Below are positions 30,421 to 41,130 of a DNA stretch of 64,000 nt, piece by piece. Numbering within the stretch: position 1 is the first letter of the stretch; every line of letters starts with the position of its first letter. A program made the position numbers and the translations under genes. The notes under the pieces are model-generated. The model worked only from the letters and a program-made list of their open reading frames with translations, had not been told where the DNA came from and ran no database searches. Origin of the DNA: an uncultured Chloroflexia bacterium (GTDB lineage: Bacteria > Chloroflexota > Limnocylindria > Limnocylindrales > CSP1-4); contig CAVWSU010000018.1 in the NCBI GenBank assembly GCA_963757865.1, positions 43,644 through 107,643 of the forward strand, in the 5' to 3' direction.

Positions 30421-32717
30421 AGGAGCGGTCGCGCTCCTGGAGTGCCCGCCAGACGCGCTCCGGCGTGAAGGGCGCCTCGCGGAGTCGGATCCCGACAGCC
30501 CGCTCGACGGCATTGGCGATCGCCGAAGCGACGGGATTCAACGCCCCCTCGCCGCCGCCCTTGGCGCCGTAGGGACCCACGCCGTCACCTCGCTCGGCGA
30601 GGATCGACCGCATCGGGGGGACGTCCGTGAAGCGAGGCACGCGGTAGTCGAAGAGGTTGCCGTTCAGCAGGTTCCCCTCGGCGTCGTAGACCAGTTCCTC
30701 GCGCGTGGCCATGCCGAGCCCCATGATGACGGCTCCGACGTCCTGTCCTTCGGCGAGCATCGGGTTGATGGCGCAGCCGACATCGCCCACGGTGACGAGT
30801 CGCTCGACGCGGATGACGCCCGTCGCCTCGTCCACGGTGACCTCGATTCCGACGCAGCCGACCTCGTAGAACGGCGGCATCTCCGCCGTCGAGCCGGAGC
30901 GCCGCAGGTATCCCCGGCCGACGACCTCGCCGCTGTCCCCGCCGAACCACGCGCGCACCACCGCGCCCCAGTCACTGTGGGCCTCCCCGACCCGCACGCC
31001 GTCCCGTTCCTCGACGACCGCCGGGCCGTCCTGCCCGAGCGCCTCCTGCGCCCACCGGCACAGCTGCGCACGGGCGTCACGAGCCGCGGCCTGGACGGCC
31101 AGACCCATCAGCGTGGTGGTGCGGCTCGCGCCGGTCGACCGATCGTAGGAGACCGCGCCCGTGTCCGAGTTCAGCAGTTGGACCCGCTCGAGCCGGACCC
31201 CCATCTCCCCGGCCGCGATCTGCGCGAGCACGGTCGCCGATCCCTGCCCGATCTCCGTGCTTCCACACGTCACCGTGACGGACCCGTCGTGATGGACTCG
31301 CACGATCGCCGTCGTGATCGGTTCGGAGCCCGCGTCCGACATCGAGACGCTGATCGCCTTGCCGTGGCCCGGTGACGTCGTACCCCATTGCAGCTCGCCG
31401 GCCACCAGGTCGAGATCGGCGGCGAGGTCCGCGTCGAAGCCGCGCGCCCTGGCCCACGGTCGCTCGCCAGGTGCCAGGAGGTTGCGGCGCCGGAGCTCGA
31501 GCGGGTCGATCCCGAGGCGAGCGGCCGCCTCGTCCATCTGCGACTCGCCGGCGAAGGTCGCCTGCGGGGCGCCGAAGCCCCGGAACGAGCTCGCCGGCGC
31601 CGTGTTCGTGTAGATCGCCAGGCTCTCCACCCGGAGGGCGGGGATGCGATAGGGCCCGCCGAGCCGGTTCGCGGCCTTGCGCGCGACGAGCGGCGAGTTC
31701 TCCGCGTACGCGCCGCTGTTCAGCAGGATCCGCGCCTCGCGGCCAAGTATGTGACCGTCGCCGTCGAACGCCGTGCGCAGGTCCACCGTCGCGGCGTCGC
31801 CCCTGGTGGTGAGGATGGCCTCCTCCACGTGAGAGCGCGAGCCGTACCGGCCGCCCACTGCGCAACGCCAGCGCAGCGGTCAGGGGCTCGATCTTCGTGT
31901 ACGACTTGCTGCCGTAGCCACCCCCGACGTAGGGCACGATGACGCGCACCGCCGAGAGCGGAAGCCCGAAGCAGCGGGCGAGATCGTCCCTGACCATGTA
32001 CGGGTGCTGCGCGGATGTCCACACGGTGAGGCCGCCCGACTCGAAGGACGCCATGGCCGTGTACGGCTCCATCGCGTACGCATACGCCATCGGGTACCGG
32101 TACGAACCCTCCGCCACGAAAGCGGCGGCCGAGAAGGCATCCGGGAGATCGCCCCATGCCTGGACGGACCGAGAGCAGACGTTCGGGTGGGTGCGGTCGA
32201 TGTTCTCGTCGAAGCCGCGATGTGGCCGCTGTTCACCGGCCTGCTCGTGGAGTACGGGGGCGCCCGGCGCGATCGCGGCCACCGCGTCGACCACCAGCGG
32301 AAGCGGCTCGTACGAGACCGAGATGAGCGCGAGGGCCTCGGCGGCGGTCACGGGATCCTCGGCGACCACCCCGGCCACCGGTTCACCGGCGTACCGGACC
32401 TTGTCGACGGCGATCAGCGGATGGTCCGCGACAGCATGCCCGTACACCAGGTGAACGTCCGGCAGGTCCGCCGACGTCACCACGGCCACGACGCCGGGGT
32501 GCGCCGCGGCCTCCGACGTGTCGATGGAGACGATGCGGGCGTGCGGGTACGGACTCCGGAGCACGCGGGCGTGGCACAGGCCCGGCAGCACGAGGTCGCC
32601 GGTGAAGCGGGCCTGACCGGTCACCTTGGCCCGGCCATCGCGACGGGCAACGGATTCGCCGATCGGGGAGGGCGGCCGAGGACGGCCTGCCTGCCGCAGC
32701 GGACCGGCGTCGCTCAC
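30419..32717 (-). pseudogene. Second Mo-hydroxylase large subunit (XDH family), frameshifted near 31828
   Basis: N-terminal 440 aa ('GRAKVTGQARF..GGGYGSK..') is in one frame. The C-terminal 479 aa ('FRGFGAPQ', 'EIGQGS') is in another. The join is at 'ccacgtgag' within a G/C run. Confidence 0.65.
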
Positions 32718-33208
32718 GACCGCGCCTCCGTCGCGGCGAGCACCGCCGCCACGATCGGTGCGTAGCCGGTGCAGCGGCAGATGTTCCCCTCGAGGCCGTG
32801 CACGACATCCTCGCGAGTCGGGTGAGGATTCTCCTCGACGAGGGCCGTCGCGGCCATCAGCATCCCCGATGTGCAGAAGCCGCACTGGAACGCGGCATGA
32901 TCGATGAACGCCTGCTGCAACGGACTCAGCACCGCCTCGCGCGCCAGCCCTTCGACGGTGCGAACCTCGCGGCCGTCCGCTTCGATCGCGAGCATCGTGC
33001 AACTGCTGACGGCAAGGCCGTCGACGAGCACGGTGCAGGCCCCGCAGACCTGGGCGTCGCAGGACACTTTCGTGCCTGTCAGGCCCATCCGGTCGCGGAG
33101 CACATCCGCGAGCGTCTCGCGTGGCTCGATGCGCAGCCGGACACCGCGGCCGTTCACGATGCAGGAGAGCTCTACGAGCGGGAACGTCGTGCCGGCGTCG
33201 TCAGCCAC
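32714..33208 (-). CDS. Mo-hydroxylase (2Fe-2S) small subunit
   Basis: '[11 protein letters not shown]' and 'CGFCTSG..CRCTGY'. GTG start follows a GGGAGGCG RBS. Confidence 0.9.
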   Translation of the reverse strand: MADDAGTTFPLVELSCIVNGRGVRLRIEPRETLADVLRDRMGLTGTKVSCDAQVCGACTVLVDGLAVSSCTMLAIEADGREVRTVEGLAREAVLSPLQQAFIDHAAFQCGFCTSGMLMAATALVEENPHPTREDVVHGLEGNICRCTGYAPIVAAVLAATEARS

Positions 33209-34070
33209 GTGTCGCCTCCCGGTGCGCTGCGGTGACGGCCTGTCCGAGGAGCAGACCGACCAGGTGCCGCTTGTAGTCGGCCGAGCCGTTGATGTCGTCG
33301 TATGTCAGCACTTCGTCGCGCGCCGCGTCCCGTGCCGTCGCGAGGGCCTCCTCGAGCTCCTGCACGCGGACTCCGACGAGGACCGGGCCGATCGACCCAA
33401 GAAGCGTCGGGGCCTCACAGGCAGAGCCCACGGCTACGCGCACCGCCGCGATCCGGCCGCCCTGCAGGTCGATGCGGCAGGCCACGGACGCGGCAGGGCG
33501 CTCGAAGAACGCGAGCTTGGCGAACCCGTGACCGCGATTGGCCACCCGCGGAGGAACCCGTACCTCGACGAGCAGTTCGCCCTGATCGCGCCCGGTCAGC
33601 AGCGGACCGGCCACGAAGTCGTCGATCGCGAGCTCGCGCTCCGCGTCGGCCGAGGACAGCCGGACGCGCCCATCGGCCGCGAGGAGGAAGGCCGCGGGAT
33701 CCGAGTGAGGCTCGGCGAAGCAGAGGTTGCCGCCGAGCGTCCCCGTGTTGCGGACCCGCACGTTCGCGATCTGCCGCTCCAGCGAAGCGAGCGCGGGCAC
33801 GTGCGATGCGACGAGCGTGGACCGTTCGATCTCGCGATGGGTCGACGTCGCACCGATACGCAGCCAGCCATCTGGCGTCACGTCGATCCCGTGCAGCGAT
33901 GGGATCCCCTTGACGTCCACGAGGTGGCGGAACGACGCCAGGCCCAGCTTCATGACCTGGAGCAGCTCGGTGCCCCCGGCATACGGCACGGCCTCCCCCG
34001 GGAACTCGCGGAGCAGACGCGATGCCTCCTGGATCGTGGCGGGGCGGTGAAGCTCGAACCTCGGGATCAT
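33201..34070 (-). CDS. Mo-hydroxylase FAD-binding subunit
   Basis: 'AGGTELL' and '[15 protein letters not shown]'. Confidence 0.85.
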   Translation of the reverse strand: MIPRFELHRPATIQEASRLLREFPGEAVPYAGGTELLQVMKLGLASFRHLVDVKGIPSLHGIDVTPDGWLRIGATSTHREIERSTLVASHVPALASLERQIANVRVRNTGTLGGNLCFAEPHSDPAAFLLAADGRVRLSSADAERELAIDDFVAGPLLTGRDQGELLVEVRVPPRVANRGHGFAKLAFFERPAASVACRIDLQGGRIAAVRVAVGSACEAPTLLGSIGPVLVGVRVQELEEALATARDAARDEVLTYDDINGSADYKRHLVGLLLGQAVTAAHREATRG

Positions 34071-34074
34071 CGGC

Positions 34075-35424
34075 TCAGGCCTGCCCCACCCGGTCCAGGT
34101 TCCGCCGCTGAACGACGCGAGCCATCTCGGCATTGACGTGGGCGCCGAGAGGCTCGTACGGCAGCCGCTCCTGGTTGCACAGGTCCATGGCGATGCGCGC
34201 GTAGACGAGGGACGCGTCGACGAGGTCCTTGATCCTGAAGGCCTTTCGCGCGGCGTGGTCGGCGCCGCGCGGCGCGTAGCTCACGGCCGGAATGCCGAGC
34301 TCGTTGAAGGCGTTGGTGTCGCGCCACATGCTCGAGACGGGAGGTCCCACGGCAATGGGTGGCGTCTCGAACACCTGGGCGTGACAGCGCCGGATCGTAT
34401 CGACCAACCGTTCGACGCCCTTGCCCTCGAACCCGGGGCGATAGAGGACGAGATCCACATGGCCGGGGACGCCCAGCGCGCGCAGCACGTCTCGGAGTTC
34501 CTCTCGCACGTCCAGGGGGTTGACTCCGGGAAGGATGCGCGCGTCGACGTAGAAGCTGCAGACCTGGGGGGTGCTGGTCAGGTTGTATGGGTACCCTGAC
34601 CGGATCGCGTTGACGCTCGCCTTGGGGACGATCGTTCCGCTCTCGCCCTCGTGGGTCATCCTCTGCTGGTATTCGGTGGCCCACGACTCGAATTCGGCAA
34701 TGGCGGCGGCGGCCCGAACGATCGCGTTGGGGGCCTCGCGCATGGACGTGGGCCGGGGCAGATACGGCGTGTAGTACCTCGGCTGATCCGAGAAGACGGT
34801 GACCTTGAAGTGCGCCTTGCCCGCCTCGACCCACACGATGCCGAACCCGGTCCCCTCGGCGACGAGGGCGAAGTCCGCCACCGCGCCGTGGGTCACGAGA
34901 TACCGGGCACCCAGGTCCTTGGAGAGGTAGGGGACGCCCTCGAACTCATCCACGGGCTCGCGGGAGATCTCGCCGGCCGCGGCGCTCACGATGAGATCTC
35001 CCTTGAGCGGATAGCCGCCGTCGCGAATCGCCTTCGCGGCGACCAGGAAGGCCGCCATCGGCCCCTTGTCGTTGACCACGCCGTCCCCATGGATCTCGTC
35101 CCCGTCGATCCAGGCGCCATGGTAGAGAGGGTCAGCGGGTTCGCGGGCTGACCAGACCGCGTCGCTGCGGAGGGTCGTGTCGAGGTGCGCGTTGAAGATG
35201 AGGCTGTACCCGCCCCCACTGCCCTCGATCGTCGCGGCGACGTTGATACGGTCGGGCACGAGCGCGATCCGCCGGGGCCGGAACCCGTTCCGTTCCAGCC
35301 ATGCATGGACGAACTCTCCGGCCACGCCCTCGTTCCCCGTCGGACTGTCGATGTTGCCGAGCTCCAGGGCGAGGTCCACGACTTCCCGTGGATCGATGCG
35401 GGCGACGATCTGATCCGGCGTCAC
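34075..35424 (-). CDS. M20-family peptidase / amidohydrolase (ArgE/DapE/YgeY-like)
   Basis: 'HLDTT', 'DDKG', 'GEISRE' metal-ligand pattern. GTG 35424 follows GGAGG. Only 4 bp from the FAD-subunit start. Confidence 0.75.
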   Translation of the reverse strand: MTPDQIVARIDPREVVDLALELGNIDSPTGNEGVAGEFVHAWLERNGFRPRRIALVPDRINVAATIEGSGGGYSLIFNAHLDTTLRSDAVWSAREPADPLYHGAWIDGDEIHGDGVVNDKGPMAAFLVAAKAIRDGGYPLKGDLIVSAAAGEISREPVDEFEGVPYLSKDLGARYLVTHGAVADFALVAEGTGFGIVWVEAGKAHFKVTVFSDQPRYYTPYLPRPTSMREAPNAIVRAAAAIAEFESWATEYQQRMTHEGESGTIVPKASVNAIRSGYPYNLTSTPQVCSFYVDARILPGVNPLDVREELRDVLRALGVPGHVDLVLYRPGFEGKGVERLVDTIRRCHAQVFETPPIAVGPPVSSMWRDTNAFNELGIPAVSYAPRGADHAARKAFRIKDLVDASLVYARIAMDLCNQERLPYEPLGAHVNAEMARVVQRRNLDRVGQA

Positions 35425-35463
35425 GCGTGGCCTCCAGAGCGTTCTGTACGCAATCTTTGCGGC

Positions 35464-35484
35464 ATTGTATCCATATTGACAGCC
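35464..35484 (+). promoter_or_regulatory. ATTGTATCCA half-site plus TTGACA in the divergent M20/GntR intergenic region
   Basis: Exact 10-mer shared with the 23273 palindrome arm. Confidence 0.4.
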
Positions 35485-35705
35485 TGCACGCCCTGCTGGG
35501 TCGCCGCCGGATGGTCGGATGTGCCGGTTGACGGTGTGTACAATGGCGAGCGCATTGTCCACGCGAACGGTCGACGGGTCTTCAATCCCGTCCTCGGCAC
35601 CGTGGTCACCAGCACGGACGGATCGACATCTTTCGCGGTCGACACCGCCGGGCGCCGGATCGCTACCGTGCGGCGGCCTGGATCGCAGAACTGAGCAGGT
35701 GCAGG

Positions 35706-36410
35706 GTGACGCTGACGCGACGCAACGGCGGGTACGACGGCGAACGCCTCGCGTCCCTCGTGGCCGCGAACCGGTCCGGCAACGTGACCGCCCAGGACCT
35801 GGCACTGACGACGCTTCGGCAGGCCATCCTCGACGGCACGATCGAACCGGGCGCACGCCTCCGCCAGGAGGACCTCGCGTCGATCTTCGACGCCAGCCGC
35901 ATCCCCGTCCGGGAGGCGCTGCGCGCCCTCGAGCACGAAGGCCTGGTGACATCGGAGCCGCACCGCGGGTTCACCGTGACGACTCTCGATGCCGACCAGA
36001 TCGAGGAGATCTACGACCTGCGATCCGTCCTCGAGGGCCACGCGGTTCGGCTGGCCGTTCCTCTCCTCACCCAGCAGGATCTTGACGATCTGCAGCGGTT
36101 GTACGACGAGATGCTGGCGGCGGGCAATCCGGACGACGAGCTGGCCGTCCGCGAGCGCTTCTACATGCGCCTGTATTCGGTCACCGCGCGACCGCGCCTC
36201 GTCGGGTTGATCGCCCGGCTTCGGCAGGAGGTCTCGCGATCTCTGCGCTGGAAGCTCGTCCAGCATTCACCCGAGCATCACGAGGTCTTCTTTGACGCCA
36301 TCAGGCGCGGCGATGCCGATACGGCCGCGCGCGAGCTGAGCGTCCACTACACGAAGGTCGTTGCGCTGCTGCGCCGGTTCCTCCGCGAATCCGAGAGCAG
36401 CCGGCACTAG
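35706..36410 (+). CDS. GntR-family regulator (FadR/FCD subfamily)
   Basis: 'LRQEDLASIFDASRIPVREALRALEHEGLV' wHTH plus FCD domain. GTG start. Confidence 0.8.
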   Translation: MTLTRRNGGYDGERLASLVAANRSGNVTAQDLALTTLRQAILDGTIEPGARLRQEDLASIFDASRIPVREALRALEHEGLVTSEPHRGFTVTTLDADQIEEIYDLRSVLEGHAVRLAVPLLTQQDLDDLQRLYDEMLAAGNPDDELAVRERFYMRLYSVTARPRLVGLIARLRQEVSRSLRWKLVQHSPEHHEVFFDAIRRGDADTAARELSVHYTKVVALLRRFLRESESSRH

Positions 36411-36551
36411 TCTCGATCGCCCACCCGGCCGCCGGAGATCGCCTGCGTCGACACCGAGCATCACCGGCCGGAGCCCCCTGCGCGGCCCGTAGCGGTACCG
36501 GCTACCCACTGCTGGTGGCTCGGCTGGCAGCATGCAAGCCGACCTATCTTG

Positions 36552-36580
36552 TGGACAATCTGCATGGCCATGCGTACAAT
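36552..36580 (+). promoter_or_regulatory. Promoter -35 TGGACA, 17 nt, -10 TACAAT, with the perfect palindrome GCATGGCCATGC in the spacer
   Basis: Correct 17-nt spacing. The 12-bp palindrome at 36562-36573 is flanked by GACAATC/TACAATC. Confidence 0.45.
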
Positions 36581-36622
36581 CCGCCCGTCCAGGCATGAGA
36601 CCGGAGGGTTGGGCGTGTCGCG

Positions 36623-37573
36623 ATGACGGCCGTCGAAGAAGTCGGCTTCTGGAGCCACGGCTGTCGTCTCGCGGGAACCCTGATGACCCCGGACGGCGCA
36701 TCCTCGGGTCCGGTCCCGGTGATCGTGCAGGGGCCGGGGTGGATGGGCCTGCGGTCGGCGCGCCTCTACCGCCCGTATCACGAGGCACTGCTGGCCGCCG
36801 GGTTCGCCGTGCTGACGCTCGACTACCGCGGCTTCGGCGACTCGGAGGGAGACGCGACGCTCCTCGATCCGGCCGGCCAGGTCGCCGACATCGTCGCGGC
36901 GATCGACTACGCGGCCACCAGGGACGAGCTCGACATCCGCCGGTTGGGCGTGTTCGGCTCGGGAGGCACGGGCGGCGGCAACGCGGTGATCGTCGCGGGC
37001 ATCGACCCCAGGGTCAGGGCCGTCGTGAGCCAGCTCCCCGTCGCGGACGGTCGAGACTGGCTGCACCGCATGCGGCGCGAATACGAATGGCTGGAATTCC
37101 AGGAGCGCGTCGAGGAGGACCTCCGACGGCGCGCCGCCACCGGCCAGGGCGAACTCGTGCCGCCCCGTGACGGGATCATGGTGCCGACTCCGGAACGTCG
37201 CACGACCACCGTCAAGAGCGATGTCGACGGGCGCGTCCCCGGGCAGGTGGCTCTCGCCAGCGCCGCGGCGATCTTCGCGTACCGCCCCATCGACCACGTC
37301 GCCCGAATCAGCCCGCGGGCCGCCATGTTCATCTGCGTCGAGCGCGATGCGACCACCCCGGAGGATCACGCGATGGCACTCTACGAACGCGCGGGGGCGC
37401 CGAAGCGCCTCGTCGTCCAGACGGGTACGACCCACTATGGTGCGTACGCGCAATACGCCGCGCTGGTCACGCCGCTGATCGTCGACTGGTTCACCCGGCA
37501 CGTCGTCGCCGGGGACGTGCTCGTCCAGGATTCGGCCGCAGAGAGCGGCATCACCAGGCTCGTCGTCGCATGA
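36623..37573 (+). CDS. Alpha/beta-hydrolase (dienelactone-hydrolase / BAAT-like)
   Basis: 'GVFGSGGTGG' nucleophile elbow. Confidence 0.7.
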   Translation: MTAVEEVGFWSHGCRLAGTLMTPDGASSGPVPVIVQGPGWMGLRSARLYRPYHEALLAAGFAVLTLDYRGFGDSEGDATLLDPAGQVADIVAAIDYAATRDELDIRRLGVFGSGGTGGGNAVIVAGIDPRVRAVVSQLPVADGRDWLHRMRREYEWLEFQERVEEDLRRRAATGQGELVPPRDGIMVPTPERRTTTVKSDVDGRVPGQVALASAAAIFAYRPIDHVARISPRAAMFICVERDATTPEDHAMALYERAGAPKRLVVQTGTTHYGAYAQYAALVTPLIVDWFTRHVVAGDVLVQDSAAESGITRLVVA

Positions 37574-39039
37574 GCGGCTCGACCCCGGCCCCCGGCTCCT
37601 ACGACCTCGTCGTCCGGGGCGGCACGCTGGTATCGCCCTCGGGACGGACCGTGGCCGACATGGCCATCCGCGACGGGCAGATCGCGGCCATCGTGGCTCC
37701 CGGCACGCCGCTGGACGCCACGGACGTGCTCGACGCGACCGGTCGCGTAGTCCTGCCCGGACTCGTCGACGTCCACACGCACCACCGCGAGCCGGGCTTC
37801 ACGGCCAAGGGCGACATCACCACCGAGACTGCGGCGGGCGCGGCCGGGGGCGTGACGACGAGCTTCGGCATGCCGAACGTGTCGCCTCCGCCCAACACAC
37901 CGGAGCGCCTGGCGGGGATGCTGGCCCTGTACGCCGAGAAGTCCCTGGTCGACTACAACGTCAACGCGTCGGGCGCCGTGCCCGACCAGATCCCCGAGCT
38001 GGCCACGATGGGAATCGCGGCGTTCAAGGTCTTCATGGTGGAGGACACCGGGCGGGACTACCCCCACATGCCCGGCACCGGCGTCCACGACCACGGCAAA
38101 CTCCTCGAGATCTTCGAGGCGGTCGCCGGCACGGGACTCCGCCTGATGGTCCACCCCCACGATCAGCCGCTCATGAGCCACATCGAGCAGGGCTTCTGGA
38201 GCCGGGGCGAGCGGGACTTCCGGGCCTACGCCAGGGCATATGCCGCGTACGACGGCATCATCTGGGACACGGCGGCCGCACTGCTGCTGCGCCTTCAGCG
38301 CGCCACCGGGACGCCGCTGCACCTCCTGCACACGCAGAGCCGTGGCGTGATCCGGCTGCTCCGCGAGGCCAAGGCCGACGGGCAGGCCGTCACCGCCGAG
38401 ATCAACCCGTGGGCGCTGTTCCTCACCAACGACTGGGCGACGGTGGAGCGGCTCGGCTCGTACGCGCTCTCGTACTGGGTGCCCGACGTGAACACGGAGC
38501 CCCTGTGGGCGGCCCTGAACGACGGGACCGTGGACCTCGTCGCCACCGACCATGCGCCCCACCTGCGCGAGGAGAAGGAGCCCGGCTGGACCGACGGCTG
38601 GAAGGCGCATACGGGCACGCCGTCGATCCAGTTCTACCTGTCCATGCTCCTCGACGCCGCCCACCATGGCCGCATCTCTCTCGAACGGGTCGTGGAGGTC
38701 ACGTCCTCCGCCCCGGCGCGCGCGCTCGGACTGGGGGCGAAGGGCCGTCTCGATGTCGGCGCGGATGCGGACCTGGCCATCGTCGACCTCGACGCCGAGC
38801 TTGCGGTTCGTGACGACATCGTCGTCAGCCGCATCGGCTGGTCCCCGTACTCGGGCCGGGTCTACACCGGTGCGGTGACGCAGACGCTGGTGCGAGGCCG
38901 GCTGGTGTACGACCGCGGGACCATCGTCGGCAGTCCCGGCTGGGGCAGGCAGGTCCGGCCCACGGAGCCCGTCGTCACGCCGATCCCCGCGGCGGCCCGC
39001 GGCGTGCCGGCGGAGAGCAAGGAGCAGAGCGTCCCATGA
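37570..39039 (+). CDS. Cyclic amidohydrolase (dihydropyrimidinase/hydantoinase/allantoinase/dihydroorotase family)
   Basis: 'PGLVDVHTHHREPG', 'AAGGVTT', 'VATDHAPH'. Confidence 0.8.
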   Translation: MSGSTPAPGSYDLVVRGGTLVSPSGRTVADMAIRDGQIAAIVAPGTPLDATDVLDATGRVVLPGLVDVHTHHREPGFTAKGDITTETAAGAAGGVTTSFGMPNVSPPPNTPERLAGMLALYAEKSLVDYNVNASGAVPDQIPELATMGIAAFKVFMVEDTGRDYPHMPGTGVHDHGKLLEIFEAVAGTGLRLMVHPHDQPLMSHIEQGFWSRGERDFRAYARAYAAYDGIIWDTAAALLLRLQRATGTPLHLLHTQSRGVIRLLREAKADGQAVTAEINPWALFLTNDWATVERLGSYALSYWVPDVNTEPLWAALNDGTVDLVATDHAPHLREEKEPGWTDGWKAHTGTPSIQFYLSMLLDAAHHGRISLERVVEVTSSAPARALGLGAKGRLDVGADADLAIVDLDAELAVRDDIVVSRIGWSPYSGRVYTGAVTQTLVRGRLVYDRGTIVGSPGWGRQVRPTEPVVTPIPAAARGVPAESKEQSVP

Positions 39040-40043
39040 CCACGCGTTTCGGCCTGCTCGTCCCGCATTTCGGCGAGGACGCCGACCAGGACCTCCTCGT
39101 CCAGGGTGCCCGCCTCGCGGAGGACCTGGGGTTCGACTCGCTCTGGGTGCGCGACCACCTGGTCTTTCACCCGCACGGGATGGAGGGCACGGACCGGACG
39201 TTCATCGAACCGTTCGTGACCCTCGCCTTCCTCGCGGGGGCGACGAGCCGCATCGGGCTCGGCACCGCCACCGTGATCCCCTTCCGCCACCCGGTGTACC
39301 TCGCCTACAGCGTCGGATCGCTGTCCTGGCTCAGCCGCCGGCGGTTCGATCTCGGCATTGGTGCGGGCAACTTCCAGCACGAGTTCGACGTGATCGGACT
39401 CGGAGACGCGGATCGCCCGGCGCTCATGCGGGAGCAGGTGGAGATCGCACGGCGCCTCTGGTCGGGTGCGAGCGTCGAGCATCACAGCGACGTCTACGAC
39501 TTCTCGGACGTCGATCTCAAGCCCACGCCGGTGTCGCCCGTGCCGGTCTGGTGGGGGGGCGCGACGCCCGCCTCGGCGAGGCTGGCCGTCGACTTCTGCG
39601 ACGGCTGGCTGCCGGGACGCATCACGTTCCCCACCTACGAGCGTCGCCGCGAGCAGATCGCGCAACGATGCGAGGAGCAGGGCCGGCCGCTCATCATGAC
39701 CGGCGCGGTGCCCGTGACGAGCGTGGCCGCGACCCGCGAGGAGGCCCTCCGCCAGCTCAACGTCCCGGGTCTCATCAAGAACGCCAACAACCAGCGGTTC
39801 TGGCTCAAGCCACCGTCCGGCGAGTTCAGCCGCATCGAGGAGCTCGACGGGTCCATTCTTGCCGGAACGGTCGACGACGTCGCCGAGGGTGTCGCCCGGT
39901 ACACCGATATCGGGTGCGACCTCCTCGTGTTCGACCTCCGGTTCCGGTTCACCGACTGGCTCGACCAGATCCGGCTCATCGCCGACGAGGTGCTGCCCCG
40001 GGCGGGCTCCGGCGACCTGGCGCAGATCGAACAGGCCGGCTGA
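39036..40043 (+). CDS. LLM-class flavin (likely F420)-dependent oxidoreductase
   Basis: Luciferase-like TIM-barrel motifs 'GFDSLWVRDH' and 'GIGAG'. Confidence 0.75.
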   Translation: MTTRFGLLVPHFGEDADQDLLVQGARLAEDLGFDSLWVRDHLVFHPHGMEGTDRTFIEPFVTLAFLAGATSRIGLGTATVIPFRHPVYLAYSVGSLSWLSRRRFDLGIGAGNFQHEFDVIGLGDADRPALMREQVEIARRLWSGASVEHHSDVYDFSDVDLKPTPVSPVPVWWGGATPASARLAVDFCDGWLPGRITFPTYERRREQIAQRCEEQGRPLIMTGAVPVTSVAATREEALRQLNVPGLIKNANNQRFWLKPPSGEFSRIEELDGSILAGTVDDVAEGVARYTDIGCDLLVFDLRFRFTDWLDQIRLIADEVLPRAGSGDLAQIEQAG

Positions 40044-40112
40044 CCGCCGCGCAGCGAGGGCACCCGGCACCCACAGGCGCGGCCGTCGGACCGCCCGCGG
40101 AGGACACGCGAC

Positions 40113-41099
40113 GTGGCAACGTTCGGATACGCGGCAATGCTCGAGCAGTTCGAACCGACGCCGCTGCTCGACTGGTGCGAGGCGGCGGAGCGGGCCGGCT
40201 TCGACGCGGGCTTCCAGGTCAGCGAGCACTTCAACCCGTGGACCCCCCAGCAGGGCCAGAGCGCGTTCGCGTGGGCGTTCATGGGGGCGCTGGGGCAGCG
40301 CACCAGCCTGCCGTTCGGACCCGCCGTCACGTGTCCGGGCTTCCGCTATCACCCCGTCGTGATCGCGCACGCGGCCGCCACCCTGGGCGCGATGTACCCG
40401 GGGCGGTTCTGGCTCGGGCTGGGCGCGGGTGAGGCACTCAACGAGCACGTGGTCGGCGGCGAGTGGCCGGACGTCGGCACGCGAAGCGCCATGCTCTTCG
40501 AGTCCATCGAGATCATCGCGAAGCTCTTCACGGGCGCGCAGGTCCGCCACCGCAGCCCGTTCTTCACCGTCGACGGCGCTCGGCTGTACACCCGTCCCGC
40601 CGACCCGGTCCCGATCTACGTGGCGACCGCCGGGCCGCTGAACGCCGAACGCACCGGGCGACTCGCCGACGGCATGATCACCGTCGGAGCGGCCGACGAG
40701 AAGATCGGTACGCTCTTCGAGCGATACGCCCGCGGCGCGGAGCAGGCCGGCAAGGATCCCTCGCGGACGCGCCGGATCCTCCAGGTCCACGTCAGCTGGG
40801 CGCCCACCGACGACGAGGCGATGACGAACGCGATGACCGAGTGGCCCAACGGCGGGATGAACTTCTCCAAGCAGGACATCCGGAACCCGGAAGACTTCGC
40901 GGCCATGGCGAAGCTGGTGCGCCCGGAGCACTTCGTGAACCGCGTGCTCATCAGCCCGGATCCCGCGGTGCACGTCGCCCACCTGCGCAAGTTCGTGGAG
41001 ATGGGCTTCGACGAGATCTTCGTCCACAATGTCGGCCGCAACCAGGCGGCCTTCATCCAGATGTACGGCCAGCAGGTACTGCCCGCGCTCCGTTCCTGA
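40113..41099 (+). CDS. F420-dependent oxidoreductase, G6PD (Fgd) family
   Basis: Colinear with M. tuberculosis Fgd1: 'PFxxxxxCPGFRYHPVVIAHAAATLGAMYPGRFWLGLGAGEALNE'. Confidence 0.75.
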   Translation: MATFGYAAMLEQFEPTPLLDWCEAAERAGFDAGFQVSEHFNPWTPQQGQSAFAWAFMGALGQRTSLPFGPAVTCPGFRYHPVVIAHAAATLGAMYPGRFWLGLGAGEALNEHVVGGEWPDVGTRSAMLFESIEIIAKLFTGAQVRHRSPFFTVDGARLYTRPADPVPIYVATAGPLNAERTGRLADGMITVGAADEKIGTLFERYARGAEQAGKDPSRTRRILQVHVSWAPTDDEAMTNAMTEWPNGGMNFSKQDIRNPEDFAAMAKLVRPEHFVNRVLISPDPAVHVAHLRKFVEMGFDEIFVHNVGRNQAAFIQMYGQQVLPALRS

Positions 41100-41130
41100 C
41101 CCGTCCCCGTCGAACGCGAGGAGACCGCCG

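Noticed and set aside
26215-34070. Annotating the Mo-hydroxylases as carbon-monoxide dehydrogenase (CoxMSL)
   Set aside because: Neither large subunit has the form-I AYxCSFR active-site loop. They carry AYRGFG/FRGFGAPQ, typical of generic xanthine-dehydrogenase-family hydroxylases. CoxG and the subunit order alone do not define CODH.
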